Positions 35,446 to 50,400 of a DNA stretch of 64,000 nt are shown piece after piece; position 1 is the stretch's first letter; each line of letters starts with the position of its first letter. Below the pieces are notes generated by a model. The model was not told the DNA's origin. It was given only the letters and a program-made list of their open reading frames with translations, and did not search any database. The position numbers were made by a program, and so were the translations under genes. The stretch comes from Eledone cirrhosa. Taxonomy: Eukaryota. The stretch lies in the NCBI GenBank assembly GCA_964016885.1, contig OZ024742.1, positions 6,138,001 through 6,202,000 of the forward strand, in the 5' to 3' direction.

Positions 35446-38400
35446 CAACGTTCCCCCTTTTCAACGGCACCCACAACGTTCGTCCTTATCAACGGCACCT
35501 ACAACGTTCCCCCTTATCAACGGCAGCCACAACGTTCGTCCTTATCAACGGCACCCACAACGTTCCCCCTTATCAACGGCACCCACAACGTTCGTCCATA
35601 TCAACGACACCCACAACGTTCCCCCTTATCAACGGCACCCACAACGTTCGTCCTTATCAACGACACCCACAACCTTCCCCCTTATCAACGGCACCCACAA
35701 CGTTCCCCCTTATCAACGGCACCCATAACGTTCCCCCTTATCAACGACACCCACAACGTTCGTCCTTATCAACGACACGCACAACGTTCCCCCTTATCAA
35801 CGGCACCCACAGCGTTCGTCCTTATCAACGACACCCACAACGTTCGTCCTTATCAACGACTCTCACAACGTTCCCCCTTATCAACGACACCCACAACGTT
35901 CGTCCTTATCAACGACACCCACAACGTTCGTCCTTATCAATGGCACCCACAACGTTCGTCCTTATCAACGGCACCCACAGCGTTCCCCCTTATCAACGAA
36001 ATCCACAGCGTTCGTCATTATCAACGGCACCCACAGCGTTCCCCCTTATCAACGACACCCACAACGTTCGTCCATATCAACGGCACCCACAACGTTCCCC
36101 CTTATCAACGACACCCACAACGTTCGTCCTTATCAACGACACCCACAGCGTTCCCCCTTATCAACGACACCCACAACGTTCGTCCATATCAACGACACCC
36201 ACAGCGTTACCCCTCATCAACGACACACACAACGTTCCCACTTATGAACGGCACCCACAATGTTCGTCCTTATCAACGACACCCACAACGTTCGTCCTTA
36301 TCAACGACACCCACACGTTCCCCCTTATAAAGGCACCCACAGCGTCCCCCTTATCAACGACACCCACAGCGTTCCCCCTTATCACCGACACCCACAACGT
36401 TCGTCCTTATCAACGACACCCACAGCGTTCCCCCTTATCAACGGCACCCACAACGTTCGTCCTTATCAACGACACACACAACGTTCGTCCTTATCAACGA
36501 CACCCACAACGTTCGTCCTTATCAACGACACTCACAACGTTCGTCCTTATCAACGACACCCACAACGTTCCCCCTTATCAACGGCACCCACAACGTTCGT
36601 CCTTATCAACGGCACCCACAACGTTCCCCCTTATCAACGACACCCACAACGTTCGTCCTTATCAACGACACCCACAACGTTCCCCCTTATCAACGGCACC
36701 CACAACGTTCGTCCTTATCAACGACACCCACAACGTTCGTCCTTATCAACGACACCCACAACGTTTCCCCTTATCAACGACACCCACAACGTTCGTCCTT
36801 ATCAACGACACCCACAACGTTCGTCCTTATCAATGGCACCCACATCGTTCGTCCTTATCAACGGCACCCACAGCGTTCCCCCTTATCAACGACACCCACA
36901 GCGTTCGTCATTATCAACGGCACACACAGCGTTCCGCCTTATTAACGACACCCACAACGTTCGTCCATATCAACGGCACCCACAACGTTCCCCCCTTATC
37001 AACGACACCCACAACGTTCGTCCTTATCAACGACACCCATACCGTTCCCCCTTATCAACGACAGCCACAACGTTCCCCCTTATCAACGGCACCCACAGCG
37101 TTCCCCCTTATCAACGACACCCACAACGTTCGTCCATATCAACGACACCGACAGGGTTACCCCTCATCAACGACACCCACAACGTTCCCCCTTATCAACT
37201 GCACCCACAGCGTTCCCCCTTATCAACGGCACCCACAATGTTCGTCCTTATCAACGACACCCACAACGTTCCCCCTTATCAACGACACCCACAACGTTCG
37301 TCCTTATCAACGACACCCACAACGTTCGTCCTTATCAACGACACCCACAACGTTCCCCCTTATCAACGACACCCACAGCGTTCCCCCTTATCAACGGCAC
37401 CCACAACCTTCCCCCTTATCAACGGCACCCACAACGTTGCCCCTTATCAACGGCACCCACAACGTTCCCCCTTATAAACGGCACCCACAACGTTCGTCCT
37501 TATCAACGACACCCACAACGTTCGTCCTTATCAACGACACTCACAACGTTCGTCCTTATCAACGACTCTCACAACGTTCCCCCTTATCAACGACACCCAC
37601 AACGTTCGTCCTTATCAACGACACCCACAACGTTCGTCCTTATCAATGGCACCCACAACGTTCGTCCTTATCAACGGCACCCACAGCGTTCCCCCTTATC
37701 AACGACACCCACAGCGTTCGTCATTATCAACGGCACCCACAGCGTTCCCCCTTATCAACGACACCCACAACGTTCGTCCATATCAACGGCACCCACAACG
37801 TTCCCCCTTATCAACGACACCCACAACGTTCGTCCTTATCAACGACACCCACAGCGTCCCCCCTTATCAACGACACCCACAACGTTCCCCCTTATCAACG
37901 GCACCCACAGCGTTCCCCCTTATCAACGACACCCACAACGTTCGTCCATATCAACGACACCCACAGCGTTACCCCTCATCAACGACACCCACAACGTTCC
38001 CCCTTATGAACGGCACTCACAATGTTCGTCCTTATCAACGACACCCACAACGTTCGTCCTTATCAACGGCTCCCACAACGTTCGTCCTTATCAACGATAC
38101 CAAACAACGTTCCCCCTTATCAACGGCACCCACACACAGCGTTCCCGTTTATCAACGACACCCACAACGTTCCCCCTTATCAACGGCACCCACAGCGTTC
38201 CCCCTTATCAACGACACCCACAACGTTCGTCCTTATCAACGACACCCACACGTTCCCCCTTATAAAGGCACCCACAGCGTCCCCCCTTATCAACGACACC
38301 CACAGCGTTCCCCCTTATCACCGACACCCACAACGTTCGTCCTTATCAACGACACCCACAGCGTTCCCCCTTATCAACGGCACCCACAACGTTCGTCCTT

Positions 38401-41400
38401 ATCAACGACACCCACAACGTTCGTCCTTATCAACGACACCCACAACGTTCGTCCTTATCAACGACACTCACAACGTTCGTCCTTATCAACGACACCCACA
38501 GCGTTCCGCCTTATCAACGGCACCCACAACGTTTGTCCTTATCAACGACACCCACAACGTTCGTCCTTATCAACGATACCCACAACGTTCGTCCTTATCA
38601 ACGACACTCACAACGTTCGTCCTTATCAACGACACCCACAACGTTCGTCCTTATCAACGACACCCACAACGTTCGTCCTTATCAACGACACTCACAACCT
38701 TCCCCCTTATCAACGGCACCCACAACGTTCCGCCTTATCAACGGCACCCACAACGTTTGTCCTTATCAACGACACCCACAACGTTCGTCCTTATCAACGA
38801 CACCCACAACGTTCGTCCTTATCAACGACACTCACAACGTTCGTCCTTATCAACGACACCCACAACGTTCGTCCTTATCAACGACACCCACAACGTTCGT
38901 CCTTATCAACGACTCTCACAACGTTCCCCCTTATCAACGACACCCACAACGTTCGTCCTTATCAACGACACCCACAACGTTCGTCCTTATCAATGGCACC
39001 CACAACGTTCGTCCTTATCAACGGCACCCACAGCGTTCCCCCTTATCAACGACACCCACAGCGTTCGTAATTATCAACGGCACCCACAGCGTTCCCCCTT
39101 ATCAACGACATCCACAACGTTCGTCCATATCAACGGCACCCACAACGTTCCCCCTTATCAACGACACCCACAACGTTCGTCCTTATCAACGACACCCACG
39201 GCGTTACCCCTTATCAACGACACCCACAACGTTCCCCCTTATCAACGGCACCCACAGCGTTCCCCCTTATCAACGACACCCACAACGTTCGTCCTTATCA
39301 ACGACACCCATAGCGTTTCCGCTTATCAACGACAGCCACAATATTCCCCCTTATCAACGGCACCCACAGCGTTCCCCCTTATCAACGACACCCACAACGT
39401 TCGTCCATATCGACGACACCCACAGCGTTACCCCTCATCAACGACACCCACAACGTTCCCCCTTATCAACTGCACCCACAGCGTTCCCCCTAATCAACGG
39501 CACCCACAATGTTCGTCCTTATCAACGACACCCACAACGTTCCCCCTTATCAACGACACCCACAACGTTCGTCCTTATCAACGACACCCACAACGTTCGT
39601 CCTTATCAACGTCACCCACAACGTTCCCCCTTATCAACGACACCCACAGCGTTCCCCCTTATCAACGGCACCCACAACGTTCGTCCTTATCAACGACACC
39701 CACAACGTTCGTCCTTATCAACGACACCCACAACGTACCCCCTTATCAACGACGCCCACAGCGTTCCCACTTATCAACGACACCCACAACGTTCGTCCTT
39801 ATCAACGACACCCACAACCTTCCCCCTTATCAACGGCACCCACAACGTTCCCCCTTATCAACGGCACCCACAACGTTCGTCCTTATCAACGGCACCCACA
39901 ACGTTCCCCCTTATCAACGGCACCCACAACGTTCCCCCTTATCAACGGCACCCACAACGTTCGTCCTTATCAACGGCACCCACAACGTTCCCCCTTATCA
40001 ACGACACCCACAACGTTCGTCCTTATCAACGACACGCACAACGTTGCCCCTTATCAACGGCACCCAGAGCGTTCGTCCTTATCAACGACACCCACAATGT
40101 TCGTCCTTATCAACGACACCCACAACGTTCCCCCTTATCAACGAAACCCACAACGTTCGTCCTTATCAACGACACTCACAACGTTCGTCCTTATGAACGA
40201 CTCTCACAACGTTCCCCCTTATCAACGACACCCACAACGTTCGTCCTTATCAACGACACCCACAACGTTCGTCCTTATCAACGACACCCACAACGTTCGT
40301 CCTTATCAACGACACCCACAGCGTTCCCCCTTATCAACGACACCCACAACGTTCCCCCTTATCAACGGCACCCACAGCGTTCCCCCTTATCAACGACACC
40401 CACAACGTTCGTCCATATCAACGACACCCACAGCGTTACCCCTCATCAACGACACCCACAACGTTCCCCCTTATGAACGGCACCCACAACGTTCGTCCTT
40501 ATCAACGACACCCACAACGTTCGTCCTTATCAACGACACCCACACGTTCCCGCTTATAAAGGCACCCGCAGCGTCCCCCCTTATCAACGACACCCACAGC
40601 GTTCCCCCTTATCACCGACACCCACAACGTTCGTCCTTATCAACGACACCCACAGCGTTCCCCCTTATCAACGGCACCCACAACGTTCGTCCTTATCAAC
40701 GACACCCACAACGTTCGTCCTTATCAACGACACCCACAACGTTCGTCCTTATCAACGACACTCACAACGTTCGTCCTTATCAACGACACCCACAGCGTTC
40801 CCCCTTATCAACGGCTCCCACAACGTTTTTCCTTATCAACGACACCCACAACGTTCGTCCTTATCAACGACACCCACAACGTTCGTCCTTATCAACGACA
40901 CTCACAACGTCCGTCCTTATCAACGACACCCACAACGTTCGTCCTTATCAACGACACCCACAACGTTCGTCCTTATCAACGACACCCACAACGTTCGTCC
41001 TTATCAATGGCACCCACAACGTTCGTCCTTATCAACGGCACCCACAGCGTTCCCCCTTATCAACGACACCCACAGCGTTCGTCATTATCAACAGCACCCA
41101 CAGCGTTCCCCGTTATTAACGACACCCACAACGTTCGTCCATATCAACGGCACCCACAACGTTCCCCCTTATCAACGACACCCACAACGTTCGTCCTTAT
41201 CAACGACACCCATAGCGTTCCCCCTTATCAACGACAGCCACAACGTTCCCCCTTATCAACGGCATCCACAGCGTTCCCCCTTATCAACGACACCCACAAC
41301 GTTCGTCCATATCAACGACACCCACAGCGTTACCCCTCATCAACGACACCCACAACGTTCCCCCTTATCAACTGCACCCACAGCGTTCCCCCTTATCAAC

Positions 41401-44400
41401 GGCACCCACAATGTTCGTCCTTATCAACGACACCCACAACGTTCCCCCTTATCAACGACACCCACAACGTTCGTCCTTATCAACGACACCCACAACGTTC
41501 GTCCTTATCAACGACACCCACAACGTTCCCCCTTATCAACGACACCCACATCGTTCCCCCTTATCAACGACACCCACATCGTTCCCCCTTATCAACGGCA
41601 CCCACAACGTTCGTCCTTATCAACGACACCCACAACGTTCGTCCTTATCAACGACACCCACAACGTTCCCCCTTATCAACGACGCCCACAGCGTTCCCCC
41701 TTATCAACGACACCCACAACGTTCGCCCTTATCAACGACACACACAACGTTACCCCTTATCAACGGCACCCAAAACGTTCGTCCTTATCAACGACACCCA
41801 CAACGTTCGTCCTTATCAACGGCACCCACAACGTTCGTCCTTATCAACGGCACCCACAACGTTCCCCCTTATCAACGGCACCCACAACGTTCGTCCTTAT
41901 CAACGGCACCCACAACGTTCCCCCTTATCAACGGCACCCACAACGTTCCCCCTTATCAACGGCACCCACAAAGTTCGTCCTTATGAACGGCTCCCACAAC
42001 GTTCGTCCTTATCAAAGGCACCCATAAAGTTCGTCCTTATCAACGGCACCCAAAACGTTCGTCCTTATCAAAGGCACCCACAACGTTCGTCCTTCTCAAC
42101 GACACCCACAACGTTCCCCCTTATCCACGACACCCACAGCGTTCGTCCTTATCAACGGCACCCACAACATTCCCCCTTATCAACGGCACCCACTACGTTC
42201 CCCCTTATCAACGGCACCCACAACGTTCGTCCTTATCAACGGCACCCACAACGTTCCCCCTTATCAACGACACCCACAACGTTCCCCCTTATCAACGGCA
42301 CCCACAACGTTCGTCCTTATCAACGGCTCCCACAACGTTCGTCCTTATCAACGACACCCACAACGTTCCCCCTTATGAACGACACCCACAACGTGCGTCC
42401 TTATCAAAGGCACCCACAACGTTCGTCCTTCTCAACGACACCCACAACGTTCCCCCTTATCCACGACACCCACAGCGTTCCCCCTTATCAACGACACCCA
42501 CAACGTTCCCCCTTATCAACGGCACCCACAACGTTCGTCCTTATCAACGGCACCCACAACGTTCGTCCTTATCAACGACACCCACAAAGTTCCCCCTTAT
42601 CAACGGCACCCACAGCGTTCCCCCTTATCAACGACACCCACAACGTTCGTCCTTATCAACGACACCCACACGTTCCCCCTTATAAAGGCACCCACAGCGT
42701 TCCCCCTTATCAACGACACCCACAGCGTTCCCCCTTATCAACGACACCCACAGCGTTCCCCCTTATCACCGACACCCACAACGTTCGTCCTTATCAACGA
42801 CACCCACAGCGTTCCCCCTTATCAACGGCACCCACAACGTTCTTCCTTATCAACGACACCCACAACGTTCGTCCTTGTCAACGACACCCACAACGTTCGT
42901 CCTTATCAACGACACTCACAACGTTCGTCCTTATCAACGACACCCACAGCGTTCCCCCTTATCAACGGCTCCCACAACGTTTGTCCTTACCAACGACACC
43001 CACAACGTTCGTCCTTATCAATGGCACCCACAACGTTCGTCCTTATCAACGGCACCCACAGCGTTCCCCCTTATCAACGACACCCACAGCGTTCGTCATT
43101 ATAAACAGCACCCACAGCGTTCCCCGTTATTAACGACACCCACAACGTTCGTCCATATCAACGGCACCCACAACGTTCCCCCTTATCAACGACACCCACA
43201 ACGTTCGTCCTTATCAACGACACCCATAGCGTTCCCCCTTATCAACGACAGCCACAACGTTCCCCCTTATCAACGGCATCCACAGCGTTCCCCCTTATCA
43301 ACGACACCCACAACGTTCGTCCATATCAACGACACCCACAGCGTTACCCCTCATCAACGACACCCACAACGTTCCCCCTTATCAACTGCACCCACAGCGT
43401 TCCCCCTTATCAACGGCACCCACAACGTTCGTCCTTATCAACGACACCCACAACGTTCGTCCTTATCAACGACACCCACAACGTTCCCCCTTATCAACGA
43501 CACCCACATCGTTCCCCCTTATCAACGGCACCCACAACGTTCGTCCTTATCAACGACACCCACAACGTTCGTCCTTATCAACGACACCCACAACGTTCCC
43601 CCTTATCAACGACGCCCACAGCCATCCCCCTTATCAACGACACCCACAACGTTCGTCCTTATCAACGACACACACAACGTTCCCCCTTATCAACGGCACC
43701 CAAAACGTTCGTCCTTATCAACGACACCCACAACGTTCGTCCTTATCAACGGCACCCACAACGTTCGTCCTTATCAACGGCACCCACAACGTTCCCCCTT
43801 ATCAACGGCAGCCACAACGTTCGTCCTTATTAACGGCACCCACAACATTCCCCCTTATCAACGGCACCCACTACGTTCGACCTTATCAACGGCACCCACA
43901 ACGTTCCCCCTTATCAACGGCACCCACAACGTTCGTCCTTATCAACGGCACCCACAACGTTCCGCCTTATCAACGGCACCCACTACGTTCTTCCTTATCA
44001 ACGGCACCCACAACGTTCCCCCTTATCAACGGCACCCACAAAGTTCGTCCTTATGAACGGCACCCACAACGTTCGTCCTTATCAAAGGCACCCATAAAGT
44101 TCGTCCTTATCAACGGCACCCAAAACGTTCGTCCTTATCAACGGCACCCACAACGTTCCCCCTTATCAACGACACCCACAACGTTCCCCCTTATCAACGG
44201 CACCCACAACGTTCGTCCTTATCAACGGCACCCACAACGTTCCCCCTTATCAACGGCACCCACAACGTTCGTCCTTATCAACGGCACCCACAACGTTCCC
44301 CCTAATCAACGACACCCACAACGTTCCCCCTTATCAACGGCACCCACAACGTTCGTCCTTATCAACGGCTCCCACAACGTTCGTCCTTATCAACGACACC

Positions 44401-47400
44401 CACAACGTTCCCCCTTATGAACGACACCCACAACGTGCGTCCTTATCAAAGGCACCCACAACGTTCGTCCTTCTCAACGACACCCACAACGTTCCCCCTT
44501 ATCAACGACACCCACAGCGTTCCCCCTTATCAACGACACCCACAACGTTCCCCCTTATCAACGGCACCCACAACGTTCGTCCTTATCAACGGCACCCACA
44601 ACGTTCGTCCTTATCAACGACACCCACAAAGTTCCCCCTTATCAACGGCACCCACAGCGTTCCCCCTTATCAACGACACCCACAACGTTCGTCCTTATCA
44701 ACGACACCCACACGTTCCCCCTTATAAAGGCACCCACAGCGTTCCCCCTTATCAACGACACCCACAGCGTTCCCCCTTATCACCGACACCCACAACGTTG
44801 GTCCTTATCAACGACACCCACAGCGTTCCCCCTTATCAACGGCACCCACAACGTTCTTCCTTATCAACGACACCCACAACGTTCGTCCTTGTCAACGACA
44901 CCCACAACGTTCGTCCTTATCAACGACACTCACAACGTTCGTCCTTATCAACGACACCCACAGCGTTCCCCCTTTTCAACGGCTCCCACAACGTTTGTCC
45001 TTATCAACGACACCCACAACGTTCGTCCTTATCAACGACACCCACAACGTTCGTCCTTATCAACGACACTCACAACGTTCGTCCTTATCAACGACACCCA
45101 CAAAGTTCGTCCTTATCAACGACACCCACAACGTTCGTCCTTATCAACGACACCCACAACATTCCCCCTTATCAACGGCACCCACAACGTTCCCCCTTAT
45201 CAACGGCACCCACAACGTTCCCCCTTATCAACGGCACCCACAACGTTTGTCCTTATCAACGGCACCCACAACGTTCCCCCTTATCAACGACACCCACAAC
45301 GTTCGTCCTTATCAACGACACCCACAACGTTCCCCCTTATCAACGGCACCCACAACGTTCGTCCTTATCAACGACACCCACAACGTTCGTCCTTATCAAC
45401 GACACCCACAACGTTCCCCCTTATCAACGACACCCACAACGTTCGTCCTTATCAACGACACTCACAACGTTCGTCCTTATCAACGACACTCACAACGTTC
45501 CCCCTTATCAACGACACCCACAACGTTCGTCCTTATCAACGACACCCACAAGGTTCGTCCTTAGCAATGGCACCCACAACGTTCGTCCCTATCAACGGCA
45601 CCCACAGCGTTCCCCCTTATCAACGACACCCACAACGTTCGTCCTTATCAACGACACTCACAACGTTCGTCCTTATCAACGACACTCACAACGTTCCCCC
45701 TTATCAACGACACCCACAACGTTCGTCCTTATCAACGACACCCACAAGGTTCGTCCTCATCAATGGCACCCACAACGTTCGTCCTTATCAACGGCACCCA
45801 CAGCGTTCCCCCTTATCAACGACACCCACAACGTTCGTCCTTATCAACGACACCCACAACGTTCGTCCTTATCAACGACACCCACAAGGTTCGTCCTTAT
45901 CAATGGCACCCACAACGTTCGTCCTTATCAACGTCACCCACAACGTTCCCCCTTATCAACGGCACCCACAACGTTCGTCCTTATCAACGACACCCACAAC
46001 GTTCCCCCTTATCAACGGCACCCACAACGTTCGTCCTTATCAACGACACCCATAATGTTCCCCCTTAACAACAGCACCCACAACGTTCGTCCTTATCAAC
46101 GGCACCCACAACGTTCCCCCTTATCAACGGCACCCACAAAGTTCGTCCTTATCAACGACACCCACAACGTTCGTACTTATCAACGACACCCACAACGTTC
46201 CCCCTTATCAACGGCAACCACAATGTTCCTCCTTATCAACGGCACCCACAACGTTCCCCCTTATCAACGGCACGCACAACGTTCGTCCTTATCAACGGCA
46301 CCCACAACGTTCTCCCTTATCAACGGCACCCACAACGTTCGTCCTTATCAACGGCACCCACAAAGTTCCCCTTATCAACGACACCCACAACGTTCCCCCT
46401 TATCAACGGCACCCACAACGTTCGTCCTTATCAACGACACCCACAACGTTCCCCCTTATCAACGGCACCCACAAAGTTCGTCCTTTTCAACGGCACCCAC
46501 AGCGTTACCCCTTATCAACGACACCCACAACGTTCGTCATTATCAACGACACCCACACGTTCCCCCTTATAAAGGCACCCACAGCGTTCCCCCTTATCAA
46601 CGACACCCACAGCGTTCCCACTTAACAGCGACACCCACAACGTCCGTCCTTATCAACGACACCCACAGCGTTCCCCCTTATCAACGGCACCCACAACGTT
46701 CTTCCTTATCAACGACACCCACAACGTTCGTCCTTGTCAACGACACCCACAACGTTCGTCCTTATCAACGACACTCACAACGTTCGTCCTTATCAACGAC
46801 ACCCACAGCGTTCCCCCTTATCAACGGCTCCCACAACGTTTGTCCTTATCAACGACACCCACAACGTTCGTCCTTATCAACGACACCCACAACGTTCGTC
46901 CTTATCAACGACACTCACAACGTTCATCCTTATCAACGACACCCACAACGTTCGTCCTTATCAACGACACCCACAACGTTCGTCCTTATCAACGACACCC
47001 ACAACATTCCCCCTTATCAACGGCACCCACAACGTTCCCCCTTATCAACGGCACCCACAACGTTCCCCCTTATCAACGGCACCCACAACGTTTGTCCTTA
47101 TCAACGGCACCCACAACGTTCCCCCTTATCAACGACACCCACAACGTTCGTCCTTATCAACGACACCCACAACGTTCCCCCTTATCAACGGCACCCACAA
47201 CGTTCGTCCTTATCAACGACACCCACAACGTTCGTCCTTATCAACGACACCCACAACGTTCCCCCTTATCAACGACACCCACAACGTTCGTCCTTATCAA
47301 CGACACTCACAACGTTCGTCCTTATCAACGACACTCACAACGTTCCCCCTTATCAACGACACCCACAACGTTCGTCCTTATCAACGACACCCACAACGTT

Positions 47401-50400
47401 CGTCCTTATCAACGACACCCACAACGTTCCCCCTTATCAACGGCACCCACAACGTTCGTCCTTATCAACGACACCCACAATGTTCCCCCTTAACAACAGC
47501 ACCCACAACGTTCGTCCTTATCAACGGCACCCACAACGTTCCCCCTTATCAACGGCACCCACAAAGTTCGTCCTTATCAACGACACCCACAACGTTCGTA
47601 CTTATCAACGACACACACAACGTTCCCCCTTATCAACGGCAACCACAATGTTCCCCCTTATCAACGGCACCCACAACGTTCCCCCTTATCAACGGCACCC
47701 ACAACGTTCGTCCTTATCAACGGCACCCACAACGTTCCCCCTTATCAACGGCACCCACAACGTTTGTCCTTATCAACGGCACCCACAACGTTCCCCCTTA
47801 TCAACGACACCCACAACGTTCGTCCTTATCAACGACACCCACAACGTTCCCCCTTATCAACGGCACCCACAGCGTTCGTCCTTATCAACGACACCCACAA
47901 CGTTCGTCCTTATCAACGACACCCACAACGTTCCCCCTTATCAACGACACCCACAACGTTCGTCCTTATCAACGACACCCACAACGTTCGTCCTTATCAA
48001 CGACACCCACAACGTTCCCCCTTATCAACGGCACCCACAACGTTCGTCCTTATCAACGACACCCACAATGTTCCCCCTTAACAACAGCACCCACAACGTT
48101 CGTCCTTATCAACGGCACCCACAACGTTCCCCCTTATCAACGGCACCCACAAAGTTCGTCCTTATCAACGACACCCACAACGTTCGTACTTATCAACGAC
48201 ACACACAACGTTCCCCCTTATCAACGGCAACCACAATGTTCCCCCTTATCAACGGCACCCACAACGTTCCCCCTTATCAACGGCACCCACAACGTTCGTC
48301 CTTATCAACGGCACCCACAACGTTCCCCCTTATCAACGGCACCCACAACGTTCGTCCTTATCAACGGCACCCACAAAGTTCCCCCTTATCAACGACACCC
48401 ACAACGTTCGTCCTTATCAACGGCACCCACAACGTTCGTCCTTATCAACGGCACCCACAACGTTCCCCCTTATCAACGACACCCACAGCGTTCCCCCTTA
48501 TCAACGACACCCACAACGTTCCCCCTTATCAACGGCACCCACAATGTTCGTCCTTATCAACGGCACCCACAACGTTCGTCCTTATCAACAACACCCACAA
48601 CTTTCGTCCTTATCAACGACACCCACAACGTTTCCCCTTATCAACGGCACACACAACGTTCTTCCTTATCAACGACACTCACAACGTTCCCCCTTATCAA
48701 CGACACTCACAACGTTTCCCCTTATCAACGGCACCCACAACGTTCGTCCTTATCAACGACACCCACAACGTTCGTCCTTATCAACGACACCCACAAAGTT
48801 CCCCCTTATCAACGGCACCCACAACGTTCGTCCTTATCAACGACACCCACAACGTTCGTCCTTATCAACGACACCCACAACGTTCGTCCTTATCAACGAC
48901 ACCCACAACGTTCCCCCTTATCAACGGCACACACAACGTTCGTCCTTATCAACGACACTCACAACGTTCCCCCTTATCAACGACACTCACAACGTTCCCC
49001 CTTATCAACGACTCCCACAACGTTCGTCCTTATCAACGACACCCACAACGTTCGTCCTTATCAACGACACCCACAACGTTCGTCCTTATCAACGACACCC
49101 ACAGCGTTCCCCCTTATATACGACACCCACAGCGTTCCCCCTCATCTACGACACCCCCAACGTTTCCCCTTATCAACTGCACACACATTGTTCCCCCTTA
49201 TCAACGGCACCCACAATGTTCGTCCTTATCAACGACACCCACAACGTTCCCCCTTATCAACGACACCCACAACTTTCGTCCTTATCAACGACACCTACAA
49301 CGTTCGTCCTTATCAACGACACCCACAACGTTCTCCCTTATCAACGACACCCACAGCGTTCCCCCTTATCAACGGCACCCACAACGTTCGTCCTTATCAA
49401 CGACACCCACAACGTTCCCCCTTATCAACGGCACCCACAACGTTCGTCCTTATGAACGACACCCACAACGTTCGTCCTTATCAACGACACCCACAACGTT
49501 CGTCCTTATCAACGGCACCCACAACGTTCGTCCTTATCAACGACACCCACAACGTTCGTCCTTATCAATGGCACCCACAACGTTCGTCCTTATCAACGGC
49601 ACCCACAGCGTTCCCCCTTATCAACGACACCCACAACGTTCGTCCTTATCAACGACACCCACAGCGTTCCCCCTTATATACGCCACCCACAGCGTTCCCC
49701 CTCATCTACGACACCCCCAACGTTTCCCCTTATCAACTGCACCCACATTGTTCCCCCTTATCAACGGCACCCACAACGTTCGTCCTTATCAACGGCACCC
49801 ACAACGTTCTCCCTTATCAACGGCACCCACAACGTTCGTCCTTATCAACGGCACCCACAAAGTTCCCCTTATCAACGACACCCACAACGTTCCCCCTTAT
49901 CAACGGCACCCACAACGTTCGTCCTTATCAACGACACCCACAACGTTCCCCCTTATCAACGGCACCCACAAAGTTCGTCCTTTTCAACGGCACCCACAGC
50001 GTTACCCCTTATCAACGACACCCACAACGTTCGTCCTTATCAACGACACCCACACGTTCCCCCTTATAAAGGCACCCACAGCGTTCCCCCTTATCAACGA
50101 CACCCACAGCGTTCCCACTTAACAGCGACACCCACAACGTCCGTCCTTATCAACGACACCCACAGCGTTCCCCCTTATCAACGGCACCCACAACGTTCTT
50201 CCTTATCAACGACACCCACAACGTTCGTCCTTGTCAACGACACCCACAACGTTCGTCCTTATCAACGACACTCACAACGTTCGTCCTTATCAACGACACC
50301 CACAGCGTTCCCCCTCATCAACGGCTCCCACAACGTTTGTCCTTATCAACGACACCCACAACGTTCGTCCTTATCAACGACACCCACAACGTTCGTCCTT

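Noticed and set aside
35477-35496. CENP-B box-like motif in array B (TTCG...A...CGG)
   Set aside because: Spacing is TTCG-N5-A-N4-CGG, not the required TTCG-N4-A-N2-CGGG.
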